Assembly (NCBI GenBank): GCA_036260945.1
Contig: DATALT010000002.1
Location: 731,938 to 795,937, forward strand
Source: Candidatus Babeliales bacterium
GTDB taxonomy: Bacteria; Babelota; Babeliae; Babelales; JACPOV01
DNA: 64,000 nt
Reading direction: 5' to 3'
Part shown: positions 9,994 to 19,633 of the stretch, one piece after another
How the letters are laid out: each line of letters begins with the position of its first letter
How positions within the stretch are numbered: the stretch's first letter is position 1
Program-made: the position numbers and the translations under genes
The notes under the pieces: generated by a model
Seen by the model: the letters and a program-made list of their open reading frames with translations, nothing else
The model's database searches: none
Told to the model about the DNA's origin: nothing

Positions 9994-10778
9994 AATGGCA
10001 TCGCATCTGGGCGATGGTAGTTCGTTATATGCTTACTTGGATACGCAATCTCCACAATTTCTTGGATGATATTTTATGGCCTATTTTAGATATCATTCTT
10101 TGGGGAATGACAAGCATGTGGATGCAAGACCAGCAGCACGGATCGTTGTCTTCCAATATTCTGGTACTGTTAAGTTGCTTGGTGTTTTGGTACGTGGTGC
10201 AAAGGGCTCATGATGCGGTTTCTATGAACGCACTCGAAGAGCTTTGGGATAGAAACTTTATTAATTTATTTTCCACCCCCCTCACTATTTTTGAGTGGAT
10301 GACGGCGATCATCATTCTGAGTTTTTTTAGAATCTTTTATACACTTTTTATCTGCGTCGCGATGGTTTGGCTCCTTTATTCATGCAATGTTTTTTCTTCA
10401 GGGTTGATGCTTCTCCCCTTTTTGTTTTCGCTTCTTTTATCCGGCCTATTTATCGGTTTTTTCACCACCGCATTTATCATGTACTGGGGAAGAAAAGCGC
10501 TGTTCTTTTCGTGGACCGTTAGTTGGATTTTTTCACCATTCAGTTCAGTCTACTATCCACTTGAAACACTCCCAAAATGGGGCCAATATATTGGTAAACT
10601 AATGCCAATGACCTATGCATTTGAAGGGTTGCGCACGATCGTGACGCATCACTATTTTCCAATGGACTACCTTGTGATAAGCATCGTACTGAATATTATC
10701 TACGTTATTTTATCGATGATGTTCTTTGTTTTTATGTTTGAGCAATCCCGCATCAAGGGCTTTACCAGCCTTCAGTAA
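9990..10778 (+). CDS. ABC-2 type transporter permease
   Basis: Six predicted TM segments; start overlaps the ATPase stop (ATGA); classic operon arrangement. Confidence 0.75.
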   Translation: MKWHRIWAMVVRYMLTWIRNLHNFLDDILWPILDIILWGMTSMWMQDQQHGSLSSNILVLLSCLVFWYVVQRAHDAVSMNALEELWDRNFINLFSTPLTIFEWMTAIIILSFFRIFYTLFICVAMVWLLYSCNVFSSGLMLLPFLFSLLLSGLFIGFFTTAFIMYWGRKALFFSWTVSWIFSPFSSVYYPLETLPKWGQYIGKLMPMTYAFEGLRTIVTHHYFPMDYLVISIVLNIIYVILSMMFFVFMFEQSRIKGFTSLQ

Positions 10779-10855
10779 AAAAGCGCAGCTCGACGAGTAA
10801 ATAGATCCATGATAAAGTAACAAAAAACTATTATTTATTCGCGGTAACGGGATTT

Positions 10856-11815
10856 ATGGGCAAAATTACTATTTTTTATAAATACGTCGATATCGAATAC
10901 CCAACAGCCATCATGAAATGGCAAAAAAAACTGTGCGTTGAACTTGGGCTCAAAGGCCGGATCTTAATTGCGCATGAAGGAATCAATGGCACGGTTGGCG
11001 GCACCGATGAAGGTATAGAACTTTATCAAAAAACGATGCTGGAACATCCACTATTTGGCGGCATTGATTTTAAAGATAGCGCTGGCGCCGCAGATTATTT
11101 CCCTCGTTTGCGCATTGCCGTCCGCCCAGAAATTGTGCATTTAGGCCTTGATACTAAAAAGTTCACCGCAAAAGACGCGGGAAAACATCTTTCTCCTCAG
11201 CAAGCTCACGAATTTATGGCGCATATGAATGAAGATACGATTGTCCTTGATACCAGAAACAGCTATGAGTGGAAAATCGGCCAATTCAAAACGATAAACA
11301 CCATCAACGCCCCTACTGAATATTTTAGGGAGTTTCCTGAATTTATCGATACGAACCTAGAAACATTTAAAGATAAAAAGATTTTAATGGCATGCACCTC
11401 GGGCGTACGCTGCGAGCGCGCATCAGCCTATTTAAAATCGAAAAATGTAGCCAAAGAAGTATATCAAATTAATGGCGGCATTCAGCGCTATACCGAACAA
11501 TTTCCTGACGGATTCTTCCGCGGAAAAAATTATGTGTTTGATGGACGCGTCACAGCAAAAATTAATGACGATTGCGTGGGCAATTGTGATCGCTGCAACG
11601 CACCTTATGATGAACCTATCAATTGCATCAACGCCGAATGTAATAAACAGGTAATCTTATGCGACAATTGCCAATCAACGTTAATAAATACCTGCAGCGA
11701 AATCTGTTCACAATTAGTACGTGAGCATAAAGTAAAAGTTCGCACTAAGCCATCACGAATTGGGCGCACGAATCAAAGCAATGAATCTGATCCAGCACAA
11801 TGTTCCATTAAATGA
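10856..11815 (+). CDS. trhO: rhodanese-domain tRNA U34 hydroxylase (TrhO/YceA family, UPF0176)
   Basis: N-terminal ILIAHEGINGTVGG motif, rhodanese active-site Cys (CTSGVRCE), Cys-rich C-terminus. Confidence 0.75.
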   Translation: MGKITIFYKYVDIEYPTAIMKWQKKLCVELGLKGRILIAHEGINGTVGGTDEGIELYQKTMLEHPLFGGIDFKDSAGAADYFPRLRIAVRPEIVHLGLDTKKFTAKDAGKHLSPQQAHEFMAHMNEDTIVLDTRNSYEWKIGQFKTINTINAPTEYFREFPEFIDTNLETFKDKKILMACTSGVRCERASAYLKSKNVAKEVYQINGGIQRYTEQFPDGFFRGKNYVFDGRVTAKINDDCVGNCDRCNAPYDEPINCINAECNKQVILCDNCQSTLINTCSEICSQLVREHKVKVRTKPSRIGRTNQSNESDPAQCSIK

Positions 11816-12719
11816 CAAAAACTGGTTTAAAACGGGCGGAGCTGCACGTTTTTTTATTGAGCCTGCAAACGCGCAAGACTTTCAATATGCGTGTGCCTTT
11901 GCACAGCAAAATAATTTGCCTATTTTCGTACTAGGTGAAGGCGCCAACGTATTAATTAGTGATGATGGCTTTGACGGTTTGGTAATTCGTCCATTTCTCA
12001 AACAAATTACTCACGAGATTATCGATGACAAAATAGCATTTGTTCATGCAGGAGCTGGCGTTACGATTAACGATTTGATTGAATATTGCTTGCAGCATAA
12101 TTTAAGTGCACTTGAAGAGTTCAGCGGCATTCCTGGCACCGTCGGCGGATCGGTCTATATTAATTTGCACTATTTTGAATTCTTACTTGATCAATTTTTA
12201 GTAAGGGCCGAAGTTATTGAGCGAGAAACGGGAATTATAAAAACAGTTTCTCCCGAGTGGTTCAATTTTGCGTACGATTTTTCTACGCTGCACGATGAAA
12301 AACATTATTTGGTCCATGCAACTTTTAAAACTAAACGTATTTCTGAACTTGAAACGGCGTATGCGCGCGGGCGCCGCACAGAAATTATGCGGCATCGCTT
12401 CAAACGGTATCCAATAGCTAATACCTGCGGCAGCTTTTTTAGAAATTTTTTGCCTCATGAAATTGAACCAGAAAAAACTGGAGTAAAACTGCCTTATATC
12501 GCTTATTATTTAGATAAAATCGGGGTAAAAGGAAAACTTTCTGTTGGTGATGCAATCGTTTCTCATCAACATGCAAACATGATCATCAACCGCGGCAACG
12601 CAACGAGCACCGATATTATTAATTTGGCGCAAAAAATGCAGGAATTGGTGCATAAAGAATTTAATTTGACGCCGCATGCTGAATGCAGATTAATTGGATT
12701 TAAAGATACATTAATATAG
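11781..12719 (+). CDS. murB: UDP-N-acetylenolpyruvoylglucosamine reductase
   Basis: FAD-binding N-terminus (WFKTGG, VLGEGANVL) and MurB C-terminal domain; start taken at MNLIQ (overlaps the trhO end). Confidence 0.85.
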   Translation: MNLIQHNVPLNDKNWFKTGGAARFFIEPANAQDFQYACAFAQQNNLPIFVLGEGANVLISDDGFDGLVIRPFLKQITHEIIDDKIAFVHAGAGVTINDLIEYCLQHNLSALEEFSGIPGTVGGSVYINLHYFEFLLDQFLVRAEVIERETGIIKTVSPEWFNFAYDFSTLHDEKHYLVHATFKTKRISELETAYARGRRTEIMRHRFKRYPIANTCGSFFRNFLPHEIEPEKTGVKLPYIAYYLDKIGVKGKLSVGDAIVSHQHANMIINRGNATSTDIINLAQKMQELVHKEFNLTPHAECRLIGFKDTLI

Positions 12720-12727
12720 AAGAAATT

Positions 12728-13399
12728 ATGAATTATTTGTTACTTGTACTTTTTGCTATGAATGTGACTGCAATAAGCGCAAATCCAAGAATTTTTACTC
12801 TCGAGAAAAATGCAAAAAATATTCCCGTCTGCACCGAAGGGGATAAAATAATATTCGAAGAGGAAAAAAAATCCACTTATAGAGTTTCCACGATAGTACC
12901 CGAAACAGAAAAAAATTACGGAGTGATATATCTTCGCAATTGCAACTGGGAATCACAAAACCATAAAAAAATATTTTTCGCGAATGATGAACTTAAAGTT
13001 GTCCAGGCTGCTACCGGGCAAGATCTTTTCAATGCGCGACAACTTCAAATTAAAACTCGATATTATAATTTTCAAACATGTAAGTCAAAACCTATTGTCT
13101 ATCGGGGAGAGAAATGGTACCTGCTTGAAAAACCAGAATGGCATCCCTCCGGCTCCACGCTAAAATTGCGTCAACAAAATTTTTTTGCCGAAACAGGAAT
13201 CACACTTGCGACCATTCACACACTTAAATTTTCAGCAGAAAAAATCTGGAACAACTATACCACTGCCGAGTTTCCTGGCCCAGAAGAATATTACAGAAAA
13301 TATTATTGGGGGCGCATTGCTGCGGTTACAACTGCCAGCGTAGCTACAACTCTTGGCTGCGCTTATTTAGCTTATAAAAAATTCTGGGCAAAAAATTAA
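12728..13399 (+). CDS. hypothetical secreted protein with C-terminal hydrophobic anchor plus basic tail
   Basis: Signal peptide; C-terminus ...AAVTTASVATTLGCAYLAYKKFWAKN. Confidence 0.5.
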   Translation: MNYLLLVLFAMNVTAISANPRIFTLEKNAKNIPVCTEGDKIIFEEEKKSTYRVSTIVPETEKNYGVIYLRNCNWESQNHKKIFFANDELKVVQAATGQDLFNARQLQIKTRYYNFQTCKSKPIVYRGEKWYLLEKPEWHPSGSTLKLRQQNFFAETGITLATIHTLKFSAEKIWNNYTTAEFPGPEEYYRKYYWGRIAAVTTASVATTLGCAYLAYKKFWAKN

Positions 13400-13409
13400 A
13401 CATTTACCA

Positions 13410-14027
13410 ATGAAGCAATTTGGTTGGCTTTTCTTTTTTCTCATCAGCTCTTTGCTTAACTGCATGGAGAAAGACTTTCCCATAAACAAAAATATTTGGA
13501 AACACCAAATCAAATGCTCCGATGGCATCACCTTTCTGACCATGCAAGAACTATCTCGGTTTCAATCACTCAAACCGCAAGCCAAGATTGCACTTCCAAC
13601 AATTTCAGTTTTGGCAATAAATATACTTTCACGTCCCGAAGCATCTTTCCCTGGAATTATGTACGAAATAAAAAAACAAAAAGCTCTTACCTGGGATAAA
13701 CTTCTTCACCTTTATAAAGCTGCAGAGTATCTAAAAGTATGCGATGAAAAAAAACAATTATGCTTAGAATTATTGAAGCGGAAATCTTATTCGGTTCATA
13801 ATCTTTTGGAAATAGAAAAAGTTTCGGCGCAAAATCGCTCTATTACATTAGAAAATGGCACCCTTACGATTAAAACTGGTTACTTAAAAACACTCGAAGG
13901 CATCCAGGCTCTTGCAGACAAAAAAATTTCAGCGTATCAAAAAAGCGTTACACGTATTATCATTTGGTTATTACTCATGTCAAAAACCAATAAAATCTCT
14001 AGACGTTTCCGAAAACCGACTGAATAA
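13410..14027 (+). CDS. hypothetical protein (possible N-terminal part of a frameshifted gene)
   Basis: ORF with signal-like N-terminus; overlaps the next ORF by about 115 nt in another frame across poly-A tracts. Confidence 0.4.
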   Translation: MKQFGWLFFFLISSLLNCMEKDFPINKNIWKHQIKCSDGITFLTMQELSRFQSLKPQAKIALPTISVLAINILSRPEASFPGIMYEIKKQKALTWDKLLHLYKAAEYLKVCDEKKQLCLELLKRKSYSVHNLLEIEKVSAQNRSITLENGTLTIKTGYLKTLEGIQALADKKISAYQKSVTRIIIWLLLMSKTNKISRRFRKPTE

Positions 14028-14550
14028 ATTAAACTTGGAACTCATTCTTGAAAATTTTCCTGAACTTACCTTCATTAAGAGCCACAGCAACAGTATATCT
14101 GAGGTCGTTTTTCCTGAGAATCCACCAAATCAGCATTGTTTAATTGATCTTCGCAAGAACCTTTTTTATAATTTTGATCTTAATACAAAAAATAACGATA
14201 AACTTGCCAAAAAAACGTTTTGGTCTCGATTGCACAGTAAATTGCCATCGCAAGAATCGGATCAATTTACATTAGGTTTATTCAGCGTTGGTCTTGCCGC
14301 TTCGGGGATCCATGCAATTATACCACTCGCCAAGCTTTTCCTCGGAATCGAACACTTTGAAAAAAGGGAGAACAAAAAGGCATGGCATAAACCAATACCC
14401 TTTTTATTTCCTATTTTAAGTTCGTACCCATTTGAAACTGCTGCTTTAAGTACGTTTCTGCTTTCGTGGGTTGCAGTTCTGGGAGCCTATGAATTGATTG
14501 CTCAACGCGCTAAAAACTCGCCTACATTTAACTTTGTGTATTTTGATTGA
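13912..14550 (+). CDS. hypothetical protein with leucine-rich-repeat-like segment (possible C-terminal part of a frameshifted gene)
   Basis: TTG start only; LDVSENRLNKLNLELILENFPELTFIKSHSNSISEVV fits the LxxLxLxxNxL periodicity; C-terminal TM. Confidence 0.35.
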   Translation: MQTKKFQRIKKALHVLSFGYYSCQKPIKSLDVSENRLNKLNLELILENFPELTFIKSHSNSISEVVFPENPPNQHCLIDLRKNLFYNFDLNTKNNDKLAKKTFWSRLHSKLPSQESDQFTLGLFSVGLAASGIHAIIPLAKLFLGIEHFEKRENKKAWHKPIPFLFPILSSYPFETAALSTFLLSWVAVLGAYELIAQRAKNSPTFNFVYFD

Positions 14551-14621
14551 AAAAATCTATGCAATAAATTAACCTGGGTACCTTTTTAAGATCACTATCG
14601 GATTGTACAAATTTTTTCAAT

Positions 14622-14650
14622 TTGACACGTAACGGTCAATTGGTATTCTG
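14622..14650 (+). promoter_or_regulatory. candidate sigma-70 promoter for the 14708 gene
   Basis: TTGACA (14622-14627), 17-nt spacer, TGgTATTCT extended -10 (14642-14650). Confidence 0.25.
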
Positions 14651-14707
14651 GTTAAAATCTAATCATTTTCGCGTTTGCTGCGTTGTTACGTTTTTTACCA
14701 ATGAAAT

Positions 14708-15607
14708 TTGATTCACGATATGGAGATCCTTGTGTTAAAAAAATCGGTGTTAATTACCTTACTTTTCCAGATAGCTACAAGTAACACCCTAAAAGCCGGA
14801 TTATTTGGACTGGAAAGCAATCCTCAAGCTCTCTTTGCCGCTACTGCTTTATGCGTTGCTGTTCCGACGATTTTATATAAAACCTGCTCCAATAAACCCC
14901 AAAAATCACGCGGTGAGCGTGAGCTCGAAAAATTTGTCGCCCATTTTAAAATTCCGGAAACGACAGATCTAACAACGTTAATAGATAAAGGCAATGATAT
15001 TGATCGCCTTATCAATGCCTATCGCGCACAGAGATTAATTGAGAATGAAAAGTTTAAGTATGTAGGTATACCCCTGAAATATGCAAAAAAGACATCCGAT
15101 GGACTTGTAGAGATCTTTGCACAAAAGATTACACCTAGTGACCAACAGGAAGAAAAATATTCGCTAGCTCAAGTGAAAGATTTTGCCTCATTTGTTGAAC
15201 TATCTGGATTGAGCGATTTCGGCGATAATGCTAATCAAAATATCATTTATGCCAATGATAAGCTTTATGTGATCGACACTGAAAACTCTTCATTTGAAGC
15301 TAATACCTATGGCTTTAAAGCAACTAATTTAAAGAGCTTAAAAATATTTTTTGGCAAAAGAATTTCAGATGACGCATCCCATTGGCTAGATGCTAAAATA
15401 GATGAATTGAAAACAACACATCAAGACTCGGGTATAGAATGCCCTACTATTGCAACTATGCCAGATCTTTATACAACTAGTTTTGATCTACAGCTTGTAA
15501 AAAAACAATTGCAGTTAAATAGAGCAGTTAAACAATATGGTCCAGAGTATGTGAAAATGAGAGCATTGTATAATGAATTGAGAAAAGACACAGAGACATT
15601 ATTATAA
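14708..15607 (+). CDS. hypothetical membrane-anchored protein with protein-kinase-like catalytic motif
   Basis: N-terminal TM region; LSDFGDNANQNIIYANDKLYVIDTE shows DxxxxN followed 17 aa later by an [IV]D[FT][EG] motif, as in the ePK/atypical kinase catalytic loop and DFG. Confidence 0.45.
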   Translation: MIHDMEILVLKKSVLITLLFQIATSNTLKAGLFGLESNPQALFAATALCVAVPTILYKTCSNKPQKSRGERELEKFVAHFKIPETTDLTTLIDKGNDIDRLINAYRAQRLIENEKFKYVGIPLKYAKKTSDGLVEIFAQKITPSDQQEEKYSLAQVKDFASFVELSGLSDFGDNANQNIIYANDKLYVIDTENSSFEANTYGFKATNLKSLKIFFGKRISDDASHWLDAKIDELKTTHQDSGIECPTIATMPDLYTTSFDLQLVKKQLQLNRAVKQYGPEYVKMRALYNELRKDTETLL

Positions 15608-15619
15608 ACGGTCTACAGC

Positions 15620-16294
15620 ATGAATAATGAATTTATCTTTATCATCCACTCTCTTATTATTAGCTTCTCAACTCTGTATGCGCTCCGCATAGGTAAAGAT
15701 GCACTTATCGCGCTCGTTGCGACGCTGAGCATTATTGCAAACTTGTTTGTCACCAAGCAAATTGCTCTGGGCGGATTTATTGTTACCGCTGCCGATGCCT
15801 ATACAATCGGTGCCGTTCTTTCGCTTAATATGCTCCAGGAATATTTTGGCAGCAAAACAGCAATTCGCGCAATATGGATAAGTTTTTTTATGATGTTTGT
15901 CGCAGCCATTGCCGGACAAATTCAGCTTTGGTATCTGCCAGCACTCTGCGATTCGATGCATCCTCATTTTCAGGCGCTTTTATGCAATAGCCCCCGCATT
16001 ATTGCTGCATCGCTCATTGCCTATTTAGCATCTCAGCATCTGGATCGAGCGATTTTTGCATGGCTCTCTAAGCAATTATCGGGAAATCTCATGATCGCCC
16101 GCTTTTGCAGCTCAACGATTATTGCCCAGCTGGTGGACACCCTTCTATTCACCTTTTTAGGGCTTTATGGCATAGTAGAATCTGTGTGGGACGTTGTCCT
16201 TATCAGCTATTTTATTAAACTATGCGCCGTAATACTTACCATTCCAGCTATCTGGCTATCGAGGTTTATAGGCCAAATGACCAATAGGCCATGA
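15620..16294 (+). CDS. yhhQ: queuosine precursor transporter (YhhQ/DUF165 family)
   Basis: About 224 aa multi-TM protein with YhhQ-family conserved blocks; immediately upstream of tgt. Confidence 0.75.
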   Translation: MNNEFIFIIHSLIISFSTLYALRIGKDALIALVATLSIIANLFVTKQIALGGFIVTAADAYTIGAVLSLNMLQEYFGSKTAIRAIWISFFMMFVAAIAGQIQLWYLPALCDSMHPHFQALLCNSPRIIAASLIAYLASQHLDRAIFAWLSKQLSGNLMIARFCSSTIIAQLVDTLLFTFLGLYGIVESVWDVVLISYFIKLCAVILTIPAIWLSRFIGQMTNRP

Positions 16295-17424
16295 ATTTAC
16301 CGTTTAGATTTGAACTCATTCACCAATCAAAAAAATCACGTGCCCGCGTAGGAAGAATTCATACGCCGCATGGAGCAATTGATACTCCTAATTTTGTCGC
16401 CGTTGGCACCAACGCTACGCTCAAGGCTCTCGATAGCAAAACGGTGGATGATATTGGCCTTCAGCTGATGTTTTGCAATACCTATCACTTAATGCTCCAT
16501 CCTGGTACCGATACGGTTGCCAAGGCGGGCGGTTTGCATAAATTCATGAACCGTCGCCAGCCGCTCATTACCGATTCTGGCGGATTTCAAGTATTTAGTT
16601 TGGCATATGGCGGCGTAAAAGATGAGCTGAAAAGTAAGGGCCAAAAAAAATTAACCAATTCTGTGATTAAAATCGATGAAGAGGGCGTTCTCTTTCGCTC
16701 CTATCGGGACGGTGCTGCCGTTTTACTCACGCCCGAAACCTCGGTGCAAGCGCAAAAAGAGCTTGGGGCCGATATCATTATTCCTTTTGATGAATTGCCT
16801 CCCTATCATATTGATCCAACCGTTCTGAAAAAATCGCTCGCGCGTACCCATCGCTGGGAAAAACGATCTCTTGATTATCATCTTAAACACGCAAATAATC
16901 AGGCAATGTATGCAGTGATCCATGGCGGCATTAATCCGGAAATGCGCAAGGAAAGTGCCCAATATTTAACCAATTTAGCATTTGATGGCTTTGCTATCGG
17001 GGGTAGCTTAGGAAAATCCCGCATCGAAATGATTGAAATGCTGACACATCTCATGCCTGAAATTCCTGTTGATAAACCAAACCATTTGCTCGGGATTGGC
17101 GATCTACCTTCGCTTGAAGCTGCAGTCCCTTTAGGAATAGATACGTTTGATAGTTCTCATCCAACTAAATGCGCACGCCACGGATTATTGTTTACGTTTA
17201 ATGGCTTTGTAAAAATTGAAAAAAATGAAAATAAACAATCGTTTGAGCCGATTGATAAAAACTGCACCTGCTTAACGTGCACAACGTACACCCGTTCATA
17301 CGTACATCATCTTTTTAAAGCGCATGAAGTTACTGGCCATATTCTTGCCACCATTCATAATCTTCATTTCATGGTCCAACTTATGGCACAGTATCGACAA
17401 CGCATTCTTAACGACGAAATATAA
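16291..17424 (+). CDS. tgt: queuine tRNA-ribosyltransferase
   Basis: Conserved N-terminus (GRIHTPHGAIDTPNFVAVGT) and zinc site CTCLTCTTYTRSYVHHL. Confidence 0.9.
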   Translation: MNLPFRFELIHQSKKSRARVGRIHTPHGAIDTPNFVAVGTNATLKALDSKTVDDIGLQLMFCNTYHLMLHPGTDTVAKAGGLHKFMNRRQPLITDSGGFQVFSLAYGGVKDELKSKGQKKLTNSVIKIDEEGVLFRSYRDGAAVLLTPETSVQAQKELGADIIIPFDELPPYHIDPTVLKKSLARTHRWEKRSLDYHLKHANNQAMYAVIHGGINPEMRKESAQYLTNLAFDGFAIGGSLGKSRIEMIEMLTHLMPEIPVDKPNHLLGIGDLPSLEAAVPLGIDTFDSSHPTKCARHGLLFTFNGFVKIEKNENKQSFEPIDKNCTCLTCTTYTRSYVHHLFKAHEVTGHILATIHNLHFMVQLMAQYRQRILNDEI

Positions 17425-17429
17425 AATCA

Positions 17430-18170
17430 ATGAGAGAAATTCTTTCTTTACAAAATGATCACATAAAAGATCTTGTTCGCCTCGCGCACGAGGCAAGCGA
17501 ACGCAAACATCAACAAAAATTTATCGCTGAAGGTATACGCACTGTTAGCACGCTTCTGAAAAGCAAAATGCATTTAGTGGAACTTATTTCAACGCATTTT
17601 ATGCTGATGCAAGCGCACGAAGTTGCGCCGGATGAAAAAATTACGGTCGTTTCCGACGCTGTACTGAACAAAATAAGCCCGAGCAGTTCACCGAGCGGCA
17701 TTTTGGGTGTTTTTGAGATTCCGCAACACGCGAAAAATGAACCACTAAGTTCAGGAATTGTATTGTCCGGCATTTCAGATCCTGGAAATATGGGCACCTT
17801 AATCCGCACCTGCGCAGCAATAGGGAAAAAAACAGTCGTGGTTCTTGAAGGGGTTGATCCTTTTAATCCGAAAGTAATTCAAGCGACTGCTGGCGCGATC
17901 GGATTAGTAAATATTTTCCAATGTACGTGGCCAGAATTTCTCACGCGCAAAAAAGATATGCAACTTTTTGGATTGGTAGTTCAAGACGGCAAACCGATGC
18001 ACAAATTAGCTGAAAATAGTTTATTAATGATAGGCAGTGAAGCGCATGGCATCCCAGAAGAATATTTATCTGCATGTGATGAACTTATCACTCTCTCAAT
18101 GCCGGGCGGAACTGAAAGTTTAAATGCTGCCATTGCAGGTTCGATTGCGATGTACCTTGGATTTTTATAA
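17430..18170 (+). CDS. TrmH/SpoU-family RNA 2'-O-methyltransferase
   Basis: SpoU methylase motifs (GNMGTLIRTCAA, ESLNAAIAGSIAMY). Confidence 0.75.
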   Translation: MREILSLQNDHIKDLVRLAHEASERKHQQKFIAEGIRTVSTLLKSKMHLVELISTHFMLMQAHEVAPDEKITVVSDAVLNKISPSSSPSGILGVFEIPQHAKNEPLSSGIVLSGISDPGNMGTLIRTCAAIGKKTVVVLEGVDPFNPKVIQATAGAIGLVNIFQCTWPEFLTRKKDMQLFGLVVQDGKPMHKLAENSLLMIGSEAHGIPEEYLSACDELITLSMPGGTESLNAAIAGSIAMYLGFL

Positions 18171-18292
18171 AATTCAATTTGCTCATCAAATTTTATGAGA
18201 AAACTGAACGATCACGCGCTACCACGACTTGCCCAATTTATTGATACTTTCTACACTCATAAGTAGAAAATTTCCAGCTTCACCGCTTTTTT

Positions 18293-19633
18293 TTGTCACC
18301 AAAGGTTGCAATTTCCATGGCACAAACGCAAAAACTTTCATTGCTCGATGCAATACTCATTAATATAAACGTTATGTTTGGCACTGGCGTGCTGATCAAT
18401 ACGGTAAATTTAGCGGTAATCGCAGGATTTCTAGGCTTTGCAAGCTATATTACGGTAGCACTTTTAATGCTTCCCCTCATTTTTTCTATCGCAGCAACGT
18501 TGAATCGCCATCCATCAGGCGGATTTTATGCGTATGCTGCAACCGATATTCATCCAGCGGTTGGCTTTTTAAGCGCATGGTCGTACTTTGTTGGAAAATT
18601 AGCATCCGCAGCGTTGCTCATCCATATTTTTACTTCAACCATGAAAGTAATTATTCCCGCTTTGGATTCAATACCTTCATTGCCAATTGACTTTGCAATT
18701 CTCGGGCTGTTTACATGGCTCAATATGTTCAATATTAAAACCGGCACGCGCATTACGTACGGTTTTATCTTTTGCAAATTCACACCAATTATTTTTGCAA
18801 TCTTAAGTTGCTTGGCATTATTCTCAAAATGGCATATTCCAGTCGATAGTATGTTATGGGCAGGAATCCCATCCACCATCCCACTCGTGCTTTACGCATT
18901 TGTTGGTTTCGAAGTAGCATGCTCGATTAGTAATTCGATCGAAGATGCTGAAAAAAATGGCCCGAAATCCATCTTGTACTCTTTTGGGATCGTAGTTTTT
19001 CTAACCGTGCTTTACCAACTGCTCATGTTTGCGACTATTGGCGAAGGGCTCACGCAACTACCTAATTTTTTAGGCATTTTTAAAGTAGTTCTTAATGAAA
19101 TTATACCATCAGCCGGTGCTTTCAAAGCGGTTTTGTTAAAATTATTTTATATCGCCGGCGCCTCATCCGCACTCGGTGGAAGCTATGGCATTTTATTTAG
19201 TAACTCATGGAACTTGTATACGCTCGCCCAATTTAAACATATCCCCTTTGCAAAGTTCTTCACTTCGCTTAATAATTATCAGGTGCCATTTATGTGCGTA
19301 CTTGCTGAAAGTGCAATTTGCGCAGGCTATTTATTGCTCACCGCAGGTCATCAAGTAACATTGCAGCAAATTAGCGTTTTAGGATGCACCATTGCGTATG
19401 CATGCAGCGTGCTTGGGCTTATTAAAGCGCACCGCCACGAATCACTTAGCTCAAATCCCTTTGTTGCATGGGCCGCTATAGGAAGCTGCCTCTTGCTTCT
19501 TGGTAGCTGCATTCGCAATTTCATCTCGAGCGGAATTATCTATCTTGGATTCTTTGGCATATTAATAGCGCTTGGCATGATACTTTATGCAGCAACAGCT
19601 CTTTCTGGCTCAGCGAATCTTAAGCGTCATTAA
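18293..19633 (+). CDS. APC-family amino acid permease
   Basis: About 12 TM segments; amino-acid/polyamine/organocation family-like N-terminal motif (INVMFGTGVLI). Confidence 0.75.
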   Translation: MSPKVAISMAQTQKLSLLDAILININVMFGTGVLINTVNLAVIAGFLGFASYITVALLMLPLIFSIAATLNRHPSGGFYAYAATDIHPAVGFLSAWSYFVGKLASAALLIHIFTSTMKVIIPALDSIPSLPIDFAILGLFTWLNMFNIKTGTRITYGFIFCKFTPIIFAILSCLALFSKWHIPVDSMLWAGIPSTIPLVLYAFVGFEVACSISNSIEDAEKNGPKSILYSFGIVVFLTVLYQLLMFATIGEGLTQLPNFLGIFKVVLNEIIPSAGAFKAVLLKLFYIAGASSALGGSYGILFSNSWNLYTLAQFKHIPFAKFFTSLNNYQVPFMCVLAESAICAGYLLLTAGHQVTLQQISVLGCTIAYACSVLGLIKAHRHESLSSNPFVAWAAIGSCLLLLGSCIRNFISSGIIYLGFFGILIALGMILYAATALSGSANLKRH

